DNA of 64,000 nucleotides from the NCBI GenBank assembly GCA_043228905.1, contig JBHGNT010000006.1:6758001-6822000 (forward strand), in the 5' to 3' direction. The position numbers and the translations under genes are program-made. The DNA is from Azolla caroliniana. Lineage: Eukaryota > Plantae > Polypodiophyta. The notes under the pieces are model-generated. The model was not told where the DNA came from and made no database searches. It saw only the letters and a program-made list of their open reading frames with translations. Below, in pieces: positions 13,023 through 26,354 of the stretch; position 1 is the first letter of the stretch, and each line of letters starts with the position of its first letter.

Positions 13023-14738
13023 TTAAACCATTACTATTTGTTTCACTTCTTTCTGGCCAACATAATTCAGTCTCATGACTTGAACTTTTTTGGCATCCTC
13101 TTGCATGCCAAGGGCTCCAAAAACGTTAGCCATCACAAGGCAAACTTCACCACAATTATCGTCATATAGCTGTATTGCTCGATCAAAAGTTAGTCTAGCA
13201 ATCTTTACACTTCCCTGCCTTCTACAAGCATCCAATAATGCAAGCCAGAGATCAGAAGAATCTGACGATAACATAGTAGCTTCCTGAATGACTGCAATTG
13301 CCTTGTCAAATTGTCCACAGCATCCAAAAACCATCACCATGCAAGTATAATGCTCTAACTCTGGATTAACCCCATATATCTGGCTCATATTATCAAAAAG
13401 TATTTGAGCCTCATTGAAGAGACCTGACCGATAACATGCATTCAAAACACATAGCAATGTGGTCGAACTTGGAGAGAGACCCTCTATTTGCATCTCATCC
13501 AAGCAACTTAATGCTTCTTGAGCTCGACCTATCTCAGCATACCCTCCAATTAGTGCAGACCAAGAAACCACATTGTGAGCCGGAAGCTCTTCCAACACTA
13601 GCCATGCTTTTCTAAGCATACCGCATTTAGCATACATATCCAGTAAGGCAGTGCCAAGCACTATATTACTTCTACTACCATTATTATTATTATCCCACAA
13701 CAAGCCACTAGCCACAATCTCTTCATGAATTCTTTCACCCCTGTTGATGGCCCCTATACTCCCACATACCTTCAAGATGGTAATGAATGTTACTATGTCA
13801 GGTTCTAGACCCTTGATTCTCATCCTTTCAAAACAATTTAGAGCCTCGTGGCAGTGTTCGTTCTCCGCAAACCCAGCCATCACCACCGACCACGACACTA
13901 CATTTTGGATCGGAAGCTCTTCCAATACTTTCTTTGCTTTTGTAAAAGATCCACATTTGACATACATATCAACCAAAGTATTGCCAAGCATGACATTATC
14001 CTCCTCCAGCAACATGCCTCTCTTAACAATCTCCTCCTGGATTTTTTCACCCTTTTCAATGCATCCCATAAAACTACAAGCCTTCAAGATGCAAATAAAT
14101 GTGACCACATTTGGGGATATACCCTCAGTTTGCATTTGTTGAAAACAGTTCAATGCCCCATAACCTTGGCCTTGTTCAATATACCTAGAAATTATTGCAT
14201 TCCAAGTGACCACACTCCGAACCCGGAGTTCTTCAAGAACTTGATGTGCTTTAACGAGCATCCCGCACTTTGCGTACATATCTACAAGGGCAGTGCCAAG
14301 CACGATATCATCATCCAACAAGTTTCTACTTATAAGACTATGATGGATTTCTTTACCTTTCTTCATATCTCCAATATTTCCACACGCTTTCAAGATGCAA
14401 ATGAAAGTGACCCCATTTGGAAGAATTCCCTCATTTGGCATCCTTTCGAAGCTATGTACAGCTTCATGACTTAGGCTATGATGTGAATAGCCGGAAACCA
14501 AGGCATTCCAAGCAACTACACAAGGGTTAATAAGCTGTTTAAGCACATTTTTTGCATGTGTAAGAACTCCACATCTAGAGAACATGTTGATTAAGCTGCT
14601 AGCAAGGTAAGGATTATTCTCTAGCAATCCTCTGTTCATGATATCTGAGTAGATGGTGGCTCCTTTGGCAATGTCTTTCTTCTTCGCACATTCCTTAAGC
14701 AGGGATGCTAATGCAAATCCTTCCTTGTGTTTCTTCAT
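13023..14738 (-). CDS. PLS-class PPR protein (E domain, no DYW); 5' end uncertain
   Basis: Open frame 13023-14831 with PLS triplets and E motifs (PELEHYTCMVMVFG...LWLALLDACRRQG). The first in-frame ATG is 14738, and an upstream exon cannot be excluded. Confidence 0.85.
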   Translation of the reverse strand: MKKHKEGFALASLLKECAKKKDIAKGATIYSDIMNRGLLENNPYLASSLINMFSRCGVLTHAKNVLKQLINPCVVAWNALVSGYSHHSLSHEAVHSFERMPNEGILPNGVTFICILKACGNIGDMKKGKEIHHSLISRNLLDDDIVLGTALVDMYAKCGMLVKAHQVLEELRVRSVVTWNAIISRYIEQGQGYGALNCFQQMQTEGISPNVVTFICILKACSFMGCIEKGEKIQEEIVKRGMLLEEDNVMLGNTLVDMYVKCGSFTKAKKVLEELPIQNVVSWSVVMAGFAENEHCHEALNCFERMRIKGLEPDIVTFITILKVCGSIGAINRGERIHEEIVASGLLWDNNNNGSRSNIVLGTALLDMYAKCGMLRKAWLVLEELPAHNVVSWSALIGGYAEIGRAQEALSCLDEMQIEGLSPSSTTLLCVLNACYRSGLFNEAQILFDNMSQIYGVNPELEHYTCMVMVFGCCGQFDKAIAVIQEATMLSSDSSDLWLALLDACRRQGSVKIARLTFDRAIQLYDDNCGEVCLVMANVFGALGMQEDAKKVQVMRLNYVGQKEVKQIVMV

Positions 14739-15942
14739 TATTACTTTCTGTTCTTCTTGCAAGGAGAATCCCCTGTTCCAATCCAACACGTAACTGTGAG
14801 GTGATTTTCCAGAAAGCAAAACGAATAGCAATCAATCTTTCATGCATATTATTTGAAACTATACCGTCAGACTTTTGAAATTTAAGGTATAAATGCCTTC
14901 GCATTTTTGTGTGTTTTAGATTTAGAATAAAAAACTTTCACATGTTTAGATGTATGTGTTAACAAAGGATTTTGTCGTGCTTTTTCAGGCTGCTTTTGGG
15001 ATCCACAACATTACATCATGTGGCGTGTACCAATCGTAAAGGATTGGAAATGGCCAAGATGATCTGTAAATGGCAAAGATGCTATGTTACCCCGGCATTG
15101 ACACTTACATGTAGAGATGAAATGTAAAGAACTATATATGATAAGCTCCCTTGGAGGCTTCATGAGAAACAATTGCTACTTAGTGTGAGTTGTGTGTTTT
15201 GTAATCACACATCTAACAATCGTAAAATTGTGCCAATGTTGTCACATGTTTAATTTCCCTTCCTTTTTCCCTTATCATCCAAGGGGGTTTTATTGCTGCC
15301 ATTTATACCAACTAGGGACAAGATCGCCACTCTCAATGTGGTATGAAACACATGAGCCACAACTTTAATGACTCAAATCAATACATTTGATCTCTCTTTG
15401 ACTCACACACACGTGCAATCCAATTCCTTTTTCTAATCTCTCAATCTTAATTACATTGCTAAGTGTATCGATGAAAGATTAAATTCTATTCAAATTTAAT
15501 GTTGCAATCAACATATTTGCAATCCAACCAAAATCACAGATTCTAACATCATCAGGGATTGTTGTTCAACCTTGGTTTGTGCATGTCTTGGTAGAATTGT
15601 ACATGGATGATGATGCAAGGAGACAAATGGTTAGTTACCATAATGAAGAGACACAATCTTCGTCTCATAAAAGAAGGCTTCCTTCTAGTCAAGTCAAGTC
15701 AAGTCAAAAGACGGTAAACACTAATGTGCACAATTTAGGGCATGTAATGTCCGCACCAAAAAACCCAACTATCGTGAGGTTTCCTTTCTTGACCTCGCGC
15801 CTCTTCACAAGGTCAATTTCATATAATGTTATGTCTTGATGTTGATTTCAACACGTTGAAGTCAGGACAAGGTCAATATGATGATGATGGTAATGTCAAC
15901 ATGGAGACAAGGGAAACTAAATAACTGCCCCTGTGGAAGGAT

Positions 15943-18631
15943 ATGGCGAGACTACTTCAGGAATCCCTCATTGAGGTAAGACAGAAACTGCTATTTTGTG
16001 ACTGATAGGCAGAGAGGGATTGCTTATTTGTTTGTTTGTTTGATTTTGACCGCGCAGAGTAGCTCTCTATATCCATACAGAGCTGAACAGAGTGACATCA
16101 GCACATTTGACCTGAAGAAAGAGCATAACAGTGTATCACGCCAGACTGAAACTATACGTCATGACAGGGAAGATTTTAGGTTTAAGAATTTACTCAAGGC
16201 TTGTGTTAAGAGCAAAGACCTTCATCAAGGTATCAGAGTACATGATGAGCTGTTAAGATGTGGATTACTTGAAAACAACCCTTCTCTAGCCACTGCTTTG
16301 ATCAATATGTATGCAAAATGCGGCGACCTTGCAAAAGCGCAACAATCGCTTGAAGAGATTCCAGAGCCCAACGTTGTCTCATGGAATGCATTGATTTCAG
16401 GGTATCTTCAACATGGGCGATCTCACAAAGCACTATGTTGCTTCAAAAGAATGCAAATTCAATGTCTTTTTCCAAATATAGTGACCCTGACATGTATTTT
16501 GAAGGCTTGTGGAATGGCTAAAGCCATTGGAAATGGCAAACGAATTCATGGAGATATCCTTAATAGACATTTTTTTGGAAATGATATTGTGCTTGGAAAT
16601 GCATTGGTGGATATGTATGCCAAATGTGGTATGCTCAGCAAAGCACAACAAGTGATCGATGAGCTACCGATTCGGACTATAGTTTCTTGGTCATCGGTTA
16701 TTGCTGGATATACGCATGCTGGGGAAGGCCATGAAGCATTGAATTGTTTTGAAAGAATGCAAAGTGAGGGCCTTTCTCCAGATGCAATCATTCTCACAAG
16801 CATCTTAAAAGCATGTGGCCAAACAGAATCCATAGATAAGGGCAAACAAATTCATGATGAGATTATTGGTAGAGGCTTATTGAAGAAGGATGTTGCGCTT
16901 GGGAATGCTTTGGTGGATATGTACGGAAAATGTGGGATGCTAGAAAAAGCGCAAAAAGTGTTTGCAGAACTTCCGGCTCGAGACACAATATCTTGGAATG
17001 CATTGATTTCAGGGTATGCCAGACAAGGGCAAGTTCATGAAGCACTAGAATGTTTAGAAAAGATGCAAAAGGAGGGATTCTCTCCAGATGCAGTCACCTT
17101 GGTTTTGGTCTCAAAGGCATGTGGCAACTCTGGAGCTATTGATAAAGGCAAACAAATTCATGATAAGATCGTGAAGAGAGACTTACTAAAGTCTAATCCT
17201 GTGCTTGGCACAGCTTTGATTGATATGTATGTCAAATGTGGCTTGCTTTCAAAAGCACGTGAGTTATTTGAAGAGATTCCCACCCGAAATTTGGTCACTT
17301 GGAATACACTTCTTTCCGGTCTTGTCCAACATGGACAAGATTATGAAGCACTAAACTGTTTCCAGGAGATGCAAAATGAGGGCCTCTGTCCAAATCTCAC
17401 CACTTTTACTTGGATTGTGAAGGCATGTGGTAACACACGAGCCATAGATAAGGGTAAATATATTCATGATGATATTATAAGTCGAGGTTTGTTTGCAGAG
17501 CAAGACATCTCGCTCGCCACTGCATTAGTAGATATGTATGCCAAACATGGTTTGCTTGAGAAATCGAAAGAGATGGCCAAAGCACTTTCCTTTCGAAATG
17601 TAGTCTTTTGGAATGCACTAATCGCAGGGTATACCAACGCGGGACGAGGCTTCGAAGCACTCGAATTTTTTGACCAGATGCAAAATGAGGGACTGTCTCC
17701 AAGTATTGCCACTTTTACTTATGTTTTAAGAGCCTGTGGAAGTGAGGGAGCTATAAAGAAAGGCATAAAAATCCACAATGAGATCCAAACCCAGGGCTTT
17801 CTCGAGAAAGATATCGTGCTTGGCAATGCTCTGGTGGATATGTATGCTAAATGTGGGATGCTCAGTAATGCAAGAAAAGTACTCAAAGATCTTCGTCTTC
17901 GTGATGTGGTCTCATGGTCTACTCTAATCAAAAGTTATGCCGAACACGAGCAAGGCCATGAAGCATTTGAGTGTTATGAGCAAATGCGAAGAGATGGTGT
18001 CTTTCCAAATACTGTTACTTTCACTGGCATCTTGGAGGCTTGTGGAGGCACTGGAGCCATAGACAAGGGCATACAAATTCATGGAGAGATTGTTAGCCTA
18101 GGCTTGCTTGAGAAAGATATTGCTCTTGGCACTGCCTTGGTGGATATGTATGCGAAATGTGGCGCCCTTGTAAAAGCTGAACAAGTACTTGAAGAGCTTC
18201 CAATCCGAAATGTAGTATCTTGGTCAGCCATAATGGCTGGGTATTCCCATCAAGGACAAGGTCATAATGCACTGATTTGTCTAGAAAGGATGCGAGGAGA
18301 AGGCTTCTCTCCAGATGATGTGGCATACTTATGTGTTCTAACTGCATGCAGTCACTCTGGACTGTTGTGGCATGCACAATGTGTATTTGGAGATATGACT
18401 GAAACATATGGAATTTCTCCAAAGATTGAGCATCTTACGTGCATGATGGTGGCACTAGGAAGTGCTGGCCATTTTGAAGAGGCACTTGCAGTGATACGGG
18501 AGGGGCCAGCAGTAGAAAATCTCGCAGTTTGGCTTGCATTGTTGGGTGCTTGTCGAAAACGTGGAAATATGGTGCTTGGTATATCGGCTTTCAATGGGGC
18601 CATACAAACCAATACTAATTTTGATGGCTAG
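15943..18631 (+). CDS. PLS-class PPR protein truncated within the E domain; probable exons 15943-15975 and 16058-18631
   Basis: Long ORF of PLS triplets. An in-frame GAG|GTAAGA...CGCAG|AGT intron would link the ATG at 15943. The TAG at 18629-18631 is followed in frame by VYVLL, the E-motif continuation, so the stop looks premature. Confidence 0.85.
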
Positions 18632-21600
18632 GTTTATGTTCTTTTGGATGGATCATAAAAAGCAAACAAGCTCTTGACTTGTAAATCACTGGTTGGGAAT
18701 TCAAATCCCACACAATCGCAATACATAGTGGGATCATAGGACTTGGGAAAATACCATGAGATCAAAACCTGAAAACATTGAATGAACTTAATGGATAAGT
18801 TCCTAGGTAGTGCTGGGGGGGCCAAGGCTCATAAAACCTCCCCCCCTTCTTTAACCCAATCAAAAAAAGAGATTTTCAAAGGTATTAGTGAATACATGGA
18901 CTGGTTTCTGTGTGTGTGTGTGTGTGTGTCTGTATATCCCAGACAGCAAGGAATATAGAAACCATCTGAAAAGTCCTTGGCATGAAGGATGCAAGCAATC
19001 ATGTAAACAGAAAGGAGATTTTAAGGGAATTTGTATTATAGAAACGATTATTATGATTATGTGAAAAGAATGTATATTGTGATAGGAGGCTTGCAATGCC
19101 AAAATATGAATATCAAGGAGTAAGAAAAAGTTCAAGGATCAAGATGCAAACGTATGGTTTGATCTTTGTCCAAATCCTTGTGATCAAGATACAAAAATAA
19201 AAATGAACATGTGTATAATAATATCCAAGACCTTTGAGTAAATGAAAATATGGCCATTCTTGTTGAGTCTCTATTTCTAGTTATCTATGTGAGTTGGAAG
19301 GGCTATAGCTATTTTGATTTTATCCATTGGTGCTGAATGTGAATTGTATCTTTTTCCTGTATTATGACAAAACCCCAATCGTAAGCAGTAAGAGTGTTTA
19401 CAAATGTGCCACATGGCCAAACTTTGTTGTATTAGCATACTATATGATCCTGATCCTTATCGGAGATTCAAAGCTCTCACTGTCAAATCCCCATTTGAAT
19501 TGTGTTTTTATGCCATTGATCATAAATTATTCTCAGAACATTTGATATAGTATGAAACACAATATGAGCCTTGAATGAAAAGAACACCCAAAACAAGACA
19601 TTTCTTGAAAACCAAAATGTAATATAGTTTCCTATTCCATTAAGGTTTTTTCCATGCCAATATATTGCTGCTTAGATTACATGAGTCTTACGCATTGATG
19701 TATTTGTAAATTAAGTAAGTTTTTTAGTTAAACACTCGTATTAGAGGTAATGTGAAAGATGTTGCTTAGAATTTCAAAAATATCAATAGATAGCTCTAGT
19801 AAAAAAAAATATTCATTCTCAATCAACTATGTATTAATTGAATATGTCATTGTGTTTGGCATGATACTTGTAATGAGGACACCTGCTAGCATGTTCATTA
19901 GCATGATTTGTGCTAAGCTTATGATGGTGATTATGCCCTTGTTTATTGATGAGGAGAGATAGAAAAATGATAGAGAAGAGAAGAGGAAAAGAAAAGAAAA
20001 CTTCAATATACTATTAGGAAAACAATACAATCTTCTTGAACCCTAAAAAGAACAACCCCACCAAATAACTACGTTAATCTCAATGACACTAGTAAATAAT
20101 AGTCTTTCCTTCTTCTCTCTTTCTTTTACTAAGACTCCTTTCACTTCTTCTAGCCTTCTTATTCCTCCTCCTCCAATTGCTAAGAATACCCTCCTATTTA
20201 TAGGTTTTAGTTGTGTTATTCTTGCTTTTTTCTTTTCTTTTCTTTTTACATATCCTCGAGTTTATGTGAGGCGTTTTTTTATATCACTATTTTTGTTTTG
20301 TCATGTCAAAATTTTTATACAAGAAAACTCTCTTTGTCAACTTTCTTACGAATCTCTTCTTTTGAAATTTGGATATGAGATGAAGAAGTTATGAGCTTTT
20401 TTCTCTGCATTGTTTTTTTGCCTTCTTCTGCGTCTTTTTTTCTTACTTTTTCTACTTTTGAAAAACGCCTCTAACTTTAGATCCCTTCAATTTCCTTCGC
20501 TCTTGAACTTTTCATATTGTGCTTTATTCTTATACACCTTAGCATCCAATGTATTTGCCACTGTCTTTTCTTACGAGCAAAAATTGACTTCACATTTATC
20601 ATGTAAAAATCAACACAATAACTAGTTGAAATAACATTATTATGAGCAAAATCAATTAGTTCTAGATTAGTGTTTAAACATCAATGGGTTACGATGAGAT
20701 GCAAATAGCAGCCTTAATAACCTTATTTTCAAATGGTAAACTATTTTATGCATTGACCATTGAGGTTATTTCTCTACAAGCTACACTTTTGATAGAGCCT
20801 TGATAGAAAGGAGGGCGTATATTTGATATTTTCCCATGACGAAACAATACCCCGTGCATATATGACTTTGACAAATGACCAATTAGGGATGGAAAAAGGA
20901 TAAGACACGCATGTGTTGACTTACAAGAGGACAATGACGACCTTTTATGAGTGTGGATCAACAAATGTGGGTAGGACATACCAAGGAACAAGTGGAGAAA
21001 TTGGTTTCTTGTTTAATCCCCAAATTTTGAATTTTCTCTAAGTGGGGGAGCATATGAATAACACCTTGTCCATCATTGATGATGGCATTGATTTCATTGC
21101 CTCCAGTTACATTTACGTGTTTGTGCACACGGCTTGTGATTTCATTTTACTGGTTGGGGAATTTTTGTGTCCATGTGTGTGCAACTTCTCACTTTGTCCA
21201 CCATTGATTCCATTGATCTTATCGCTTCCATTTATATTCACGTGTGTGTGCACATTACTTAAGATTTCATTTTACCGTTTGGGAAAATTTATGTGTTCAT
21301 GTGTATGCAACTTCTCATTTATATAGGAGTGTGCCAATGATTAACTAAGAGGAATATATTACATGTGAAGTTAAAGTAACTAACACATTAATTGAAATAT
21401 TCCTCAAACGTTTATTGCAACTTCACAAGAAACCTTTAGATGACATTGAAATAATGTGCTTTTTATCAATAAAATATGAATAGATCCCCACAAGGTGACC
21501 ACTAGTTTTAAATGGTTGTAACGAGCACCATAAAGATAGGATGCATTAATAAAGTTGTTGACGTGATATAAAGAAAGCGAAAATGTAGCTATGACTAGGA

Positions 21601-22658
21601 ACAATCATAACGCGATGAAATTTACAACACTCGGAAATTTAGGCCGATCTTAGGATAATCTCAGTATAATGGCAATTTAAAGTCTAGTAGATTATGTCCC
21701 TAAACTTAGTTGTGGGTATTTTCTATCTATGATGACTCATGAGAAAAACATTTGTCATGCAACACATGGCAAAAACAATAGCTTAAGTAATATGCTAAAA
21801 TATTTTTACTAGAATTGTACAAATATTATTTATTGTTTCTATGCCACCTATTTTTAGATGAGGTAGGTTTTTGTTACCTTGTTAACCAATCAAACAAAAC
21901 CAAATGTTTGTTCAACTTTGGTGTGACATAGATTGTGATATATTATATGTTTGAAGCTTTTGATGGCTAAGAGAATTTTATCGTAAAGTTATATGTTTTA
22001 TGTTGTTTAAGGGGTTTATCATCGAGCGGCAATAGGTAACTTTGAGAGCACAAAACGGTTCTAGAATATTAAATGAAGAGTTTGCCATGAAAATCCTTTA
22101 ATAATCCAAAGAATGCATTCGTTATCAAAAAACTTTTAATAATTCTAGGAATGCATTCATACTTTATAGAATACTACCCATATTAATGACTTGATGCGGC
22201 GAAGACTGATGGGTGGATCTTACTCTTGAGTCCAAAAAGTTCTTACAAATAAGCACACTTAGAAAGTGTATTGACATACGATGGTTAACCTTGCAAACTT
22301 AATTGTATTTACGTGAACATGCCTCAGTAATTGGAAAGGTAGAAGTGTTCCCATGGAATGTAGCTTGATTATAATTGAGTTAGTTATCTATCTTTATTTC
22401 ACCTTCAAAGTACATTATTTAGTCCTCTCTCTCTCTCCCTCTCTCAAATGATGACTCTCCATGGCTCGCCGCTATAAGACATTTTCAAACCTCAAGATTT
22501 AAGGACAAAACATAGTGAGCCTTGAGGTTTCAAAATGTTTGACCTATGTGTTAGATGCTAATAAGTGAACTACAAAGTTTTTTAGCACGGAAAATCGATT
22601 TGCAAATTTCAAATTCGTCCATGAATTTCACACTATACCACCATGTTTGGCATGCTAT

Positions 22659-23114
22659 TAACAATCAGCAACGGTTCGGTTTAGTTTGGTTTGAGAGTGT
22701 CAAACTCAAATAGTTAAAAAAATAACCAAACCAAACCACGAAACCATTTGAACCAAAACCGTTACCAAAAATCCAAATTGTTAAACTGTTAAACCATTAA
22801 AACCGTGGTTTCACGGCTCGCTTTTGGTTTTCAAGTTAGAGCAAAATTCAAAAATTCAAATCTCAATTTTAATATTTAATGTTTTTTCAATATTTCAAAA
22901 ATTTAAAGATGCTTCCTAAAATGTTAGAATTAGGCTTACAAATGAAAATGTTGTTCCAAAAAATATTTAAGAAAATAATCAAGTGGCAACCCTCAACTAC
23001 GGTTTCAAACTGTTTTAAGTTTAAACCAAGCCAAACCTTCGACCCCAAACCGAACCGTTTTAACCGTTAAACCGCGGTTTTGTTTGGTTCGAATTGAACC
23101 ATTGCAGATTGCTA
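22659..23114. mobile_element. hAT-type MITE (non-autonomous DNA transposon), 456 bp
   Basis: Imperfect TIRs TAACAATCAGCAACGGTTC / GAACCATTGCAGATTGCTA, a perfect 8-bp TSD CATGCTAT (22651-22658 and 23115-23122), and subterminal AAACCG/CGGTTT motifs. Confidence 0.88.
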
Positions 23115-24401
23115 CATGCTATGTATCTCTCTTTTGCTTCATCTCATTGCAAGTTGTGTAAAACTATTTCTTTCCTTGGAATTAACTTGAAATGGAAAGC
23201 ATGAGGTCTTGGCAAGATAGAACATGTGTTTCGTTATTACATTGGCCACACATATATGTATATCATACATGATCTATGAGTTCCGTTTTGATTATCAGTC
23301 ATTTTAATTTCATGAGAGCTAGGATAATAAAATAATAAGGCCATCACAATGTGCATTCCCATGAGTAAATCAAGGTTCTTTGTTCATTTACATGGTGATT
23401 AGTTCTTTTCAATGGCAAATTTTGCAAAAGAATGGTGTTATGATTACACACATAAGCATATTAGAAGGAGTCAAGACAAGATTGGGGTTGTGTTATGTTG
23501 GACTTAGTATGGGATGCGCCCACAACCCACAATATTGATGTCAAGGCTGAAGACTAGTAATCACCACTAGATCAACAACGCAAGTGTGTATAGAATAGAA
23601 ATGGTGACTCGTGAGTTGTGCACACATGGATTAACACTCTTGAGATCCATGTCCAAAGCATACACATCAATATGATGGCACACCAAAGGTAGTCCAACAA
23701 CAATGGGCCCATTCTAGCCTTTAATCTACATAATAAATTGCATTATGTCTTATTTGTTTAATCTATTTGAAGAATGTAAATGGTTTACCCCAACAATCTC
23801 TACGAAATGTCCGCTAAATTTGAAGACAAAAAGAGCACAAATGTTGTCATCCTCAAGACATATATAAGACGCACCTTCGAATAACATTTCAAACTAAGCA
23901 TTTCAAAACAATATGTAGATTTGTTGTAAGAGAGATGCATTTTGTAGAGCTAAAAAAATGTACACACGGGGCCGAAATCTCAGACTTTCTAGGCCCATGA
24001 TTGGATCACAAATTTCTTTATACTGTAGATGACAAAATTCTAGGGATACATATTCACGTTGTATTCTCATAGTTAGAAAAGGTCTAGTTCATATGAGATA
24101 GACTAAAAAAATCAAGTTGCACCATATCTCCCACGCATGCATCATACATATATAATACTAAGAGTAAGTTCTAACCACATGTTGTAAGGGGAGATTTTTG
24201 AATGCGGTCCCATTCGCGAGTCCTTGCTTGAGGAGAGTAGGCTATTTTGGCATCGACTTCAACAAAACTTGGACTTGTTCTATTAAATATACAAAACCAC
24301 TAAAGAGCACGTACACACGCACACGCACATACACTTCCATGTATAAAATTGTTTTTCGTGACGCATTATAATTTATGGATATCACATGCACGAGCCCTCA
24401 A

Positions 24402-24729
24402 TTTGAGGTGAATACCTACAACAAATTGTTACAAATTCATAGTCATGTTCCAACAAAAAAAGCCTTAATATCTTTAAAGGGGTCTAAGGCTTGGTCGGCT
24501 CATCCATAGTTTGAGGTGAATACCTACAATGAATTGTTACAAATTCATAGTCATGTTCCAACAAAAAAAGCCTTAATATCTTTAAAGGGTTCTAAGGCTT
24601 GGTCGGCTCATCCATAGTTTGAGGTGAATACCTACAACGAATTGTTACAATTCCATAATCATGTTCCAACAAAAAAAAAGCCTTTAATATTTTTGGAGGG
24701 GTCTAAGGCTTGGTCGGCTCATCCATAGT
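24402..24729. repeat. 108-bp tandem repeat x3
   Basis: Unit TTTGAGGTGAATACCTACAA...GGTCGGCTCATCCATAG starts at 24402, 24510 and 24618. Confidence 0.93.
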
Positions 24730-24879
24730 CTGGCAGCAGGCAATGGACACCACCTACTATCCTAAAGTCACATGTATATACATCTCCGAAGGAGGACATA
24801 CGTTGGTCCCAACGTGCATATGCTTGTGAAGTACATACATGCAAAGATAACAATTTCAAGGTGGGACACGATGATAACA

Positions 24880-25045
<166 letters not shown>

Positions 25046-25731
25046 GACGTGTCTATTATGACACAAATCCATGCACATACACATACACAATACACATAGT
25101 CGTACTTGTACATAGAAATATATACACGCATACAAGAAACAACGCGTTGTTTCTTGTACGTTCCAAAGACACATACGCATACGCATACGCATATTGGTAT
25201 AGAAATATATACGCATACAAGAAAGCATTATTTGTCGTACGTTTGGGGGGGGAGGGGGAGGGCGTTATCCATGGGCACGAAGAGCGGTTTTGGTTTTTTG
25301 CGGGGGAGAGAGTGGTAATTATTAGTGGAGGTGGTATTGGGGTGGGTGGTTTTAGCGTTAGGAAAAGAGAGAGAGAGAGAGAGACGTGGGGAGGAATGTT
25401 TGAATGCACATTCTCTCTCTAGGAAGCTTCTGGACACTTCCCCTGCCTCCTGCCTTTCACCCCCCTGCTCCTTCTCTCTCTCTCTCTCAGAACGGGTCCT
25501 TGACACGTCATCCTCTCCACGTCATCAACGTCCTTCTCTCATCTCTCTGATTCTTCTTCTTCTTTCTTCTTCTTCATCCTCTCTGTCTCAGAGCTCTCTG
25601 ATTGATTCTGTGTTTCTCTTCATCTGTCTCTGTCTTTGATCCCTCCACCCGCTTCTTGCATCCACCTCTTCTTCGCTGTTCCTGGAGCGCCTCTGCAGAG
25701 ATGCATTCGCTTCTCTGAGATAGATAGACAG

Positions 25732-25733
<2 letters not shown>

Positions 25734-25775
<42 letters not shown>
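25734..25775. repeat. (GA)n microsatellite upstream of the PI4K gene
   Basis: Read directly from the sequence. Confidence 0.95.
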
Positions 25776-25778
<3 letters not shown>

Positions 25779-26354
25779 CTCTAGCTTTCTCAGAGCTGTC
25801 CGATTCCAACAAATCGAAGTTCGACATTGGCTCGACTCAACCAATTGTCACTTTGACGGTAATCAAATCCGATCAAAATGGTAAAGCTGCGAGTATCTAT
25901 AGAGTTTGCCCTGTAACAATAACCCGGAAGCCCTGAAACCCTAACCGTACACCTGAAACCCCATTATCTCTGCAATCAGAGTCAGAGAAAGTCAATTGAA
26001 TGACTGGATTGATCGAGTGATTAGCAAAAATATCAGAGCAGTCAAGTTCGATCCGGGATAGAATTCGGACGGGCGGATCTGTAGACCAAACGGGTCTGAT
26101 CCAACTAATTAAACCCGTGAAGAAATCACATTCTTTCTAAGAGGCATTGAAAGACATCCATCCAAAAAATTGAAATTTGCTAACAAAGTTTTCAATCAAT
26201 CAAATCCATTAGCTATTTCAAAGAACAGTCATTGGGAGTTTTCTGATTGCAGGGATCATTGGTCAGATCGGTTTATCAAATCGATCTGGTCTGATCCATT
26301 TTCACCTCTGTGTACATAAAAGCTCTTTCTTTCTCATAGAAAGTTCCAGGCACA

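Noticed and set aside
14832-15100. Search for a PDF remnant upstream of PPR gene 2
   Set aside because: No WxDYF, PDF or PSWV-like residues were seen in the frames I read.
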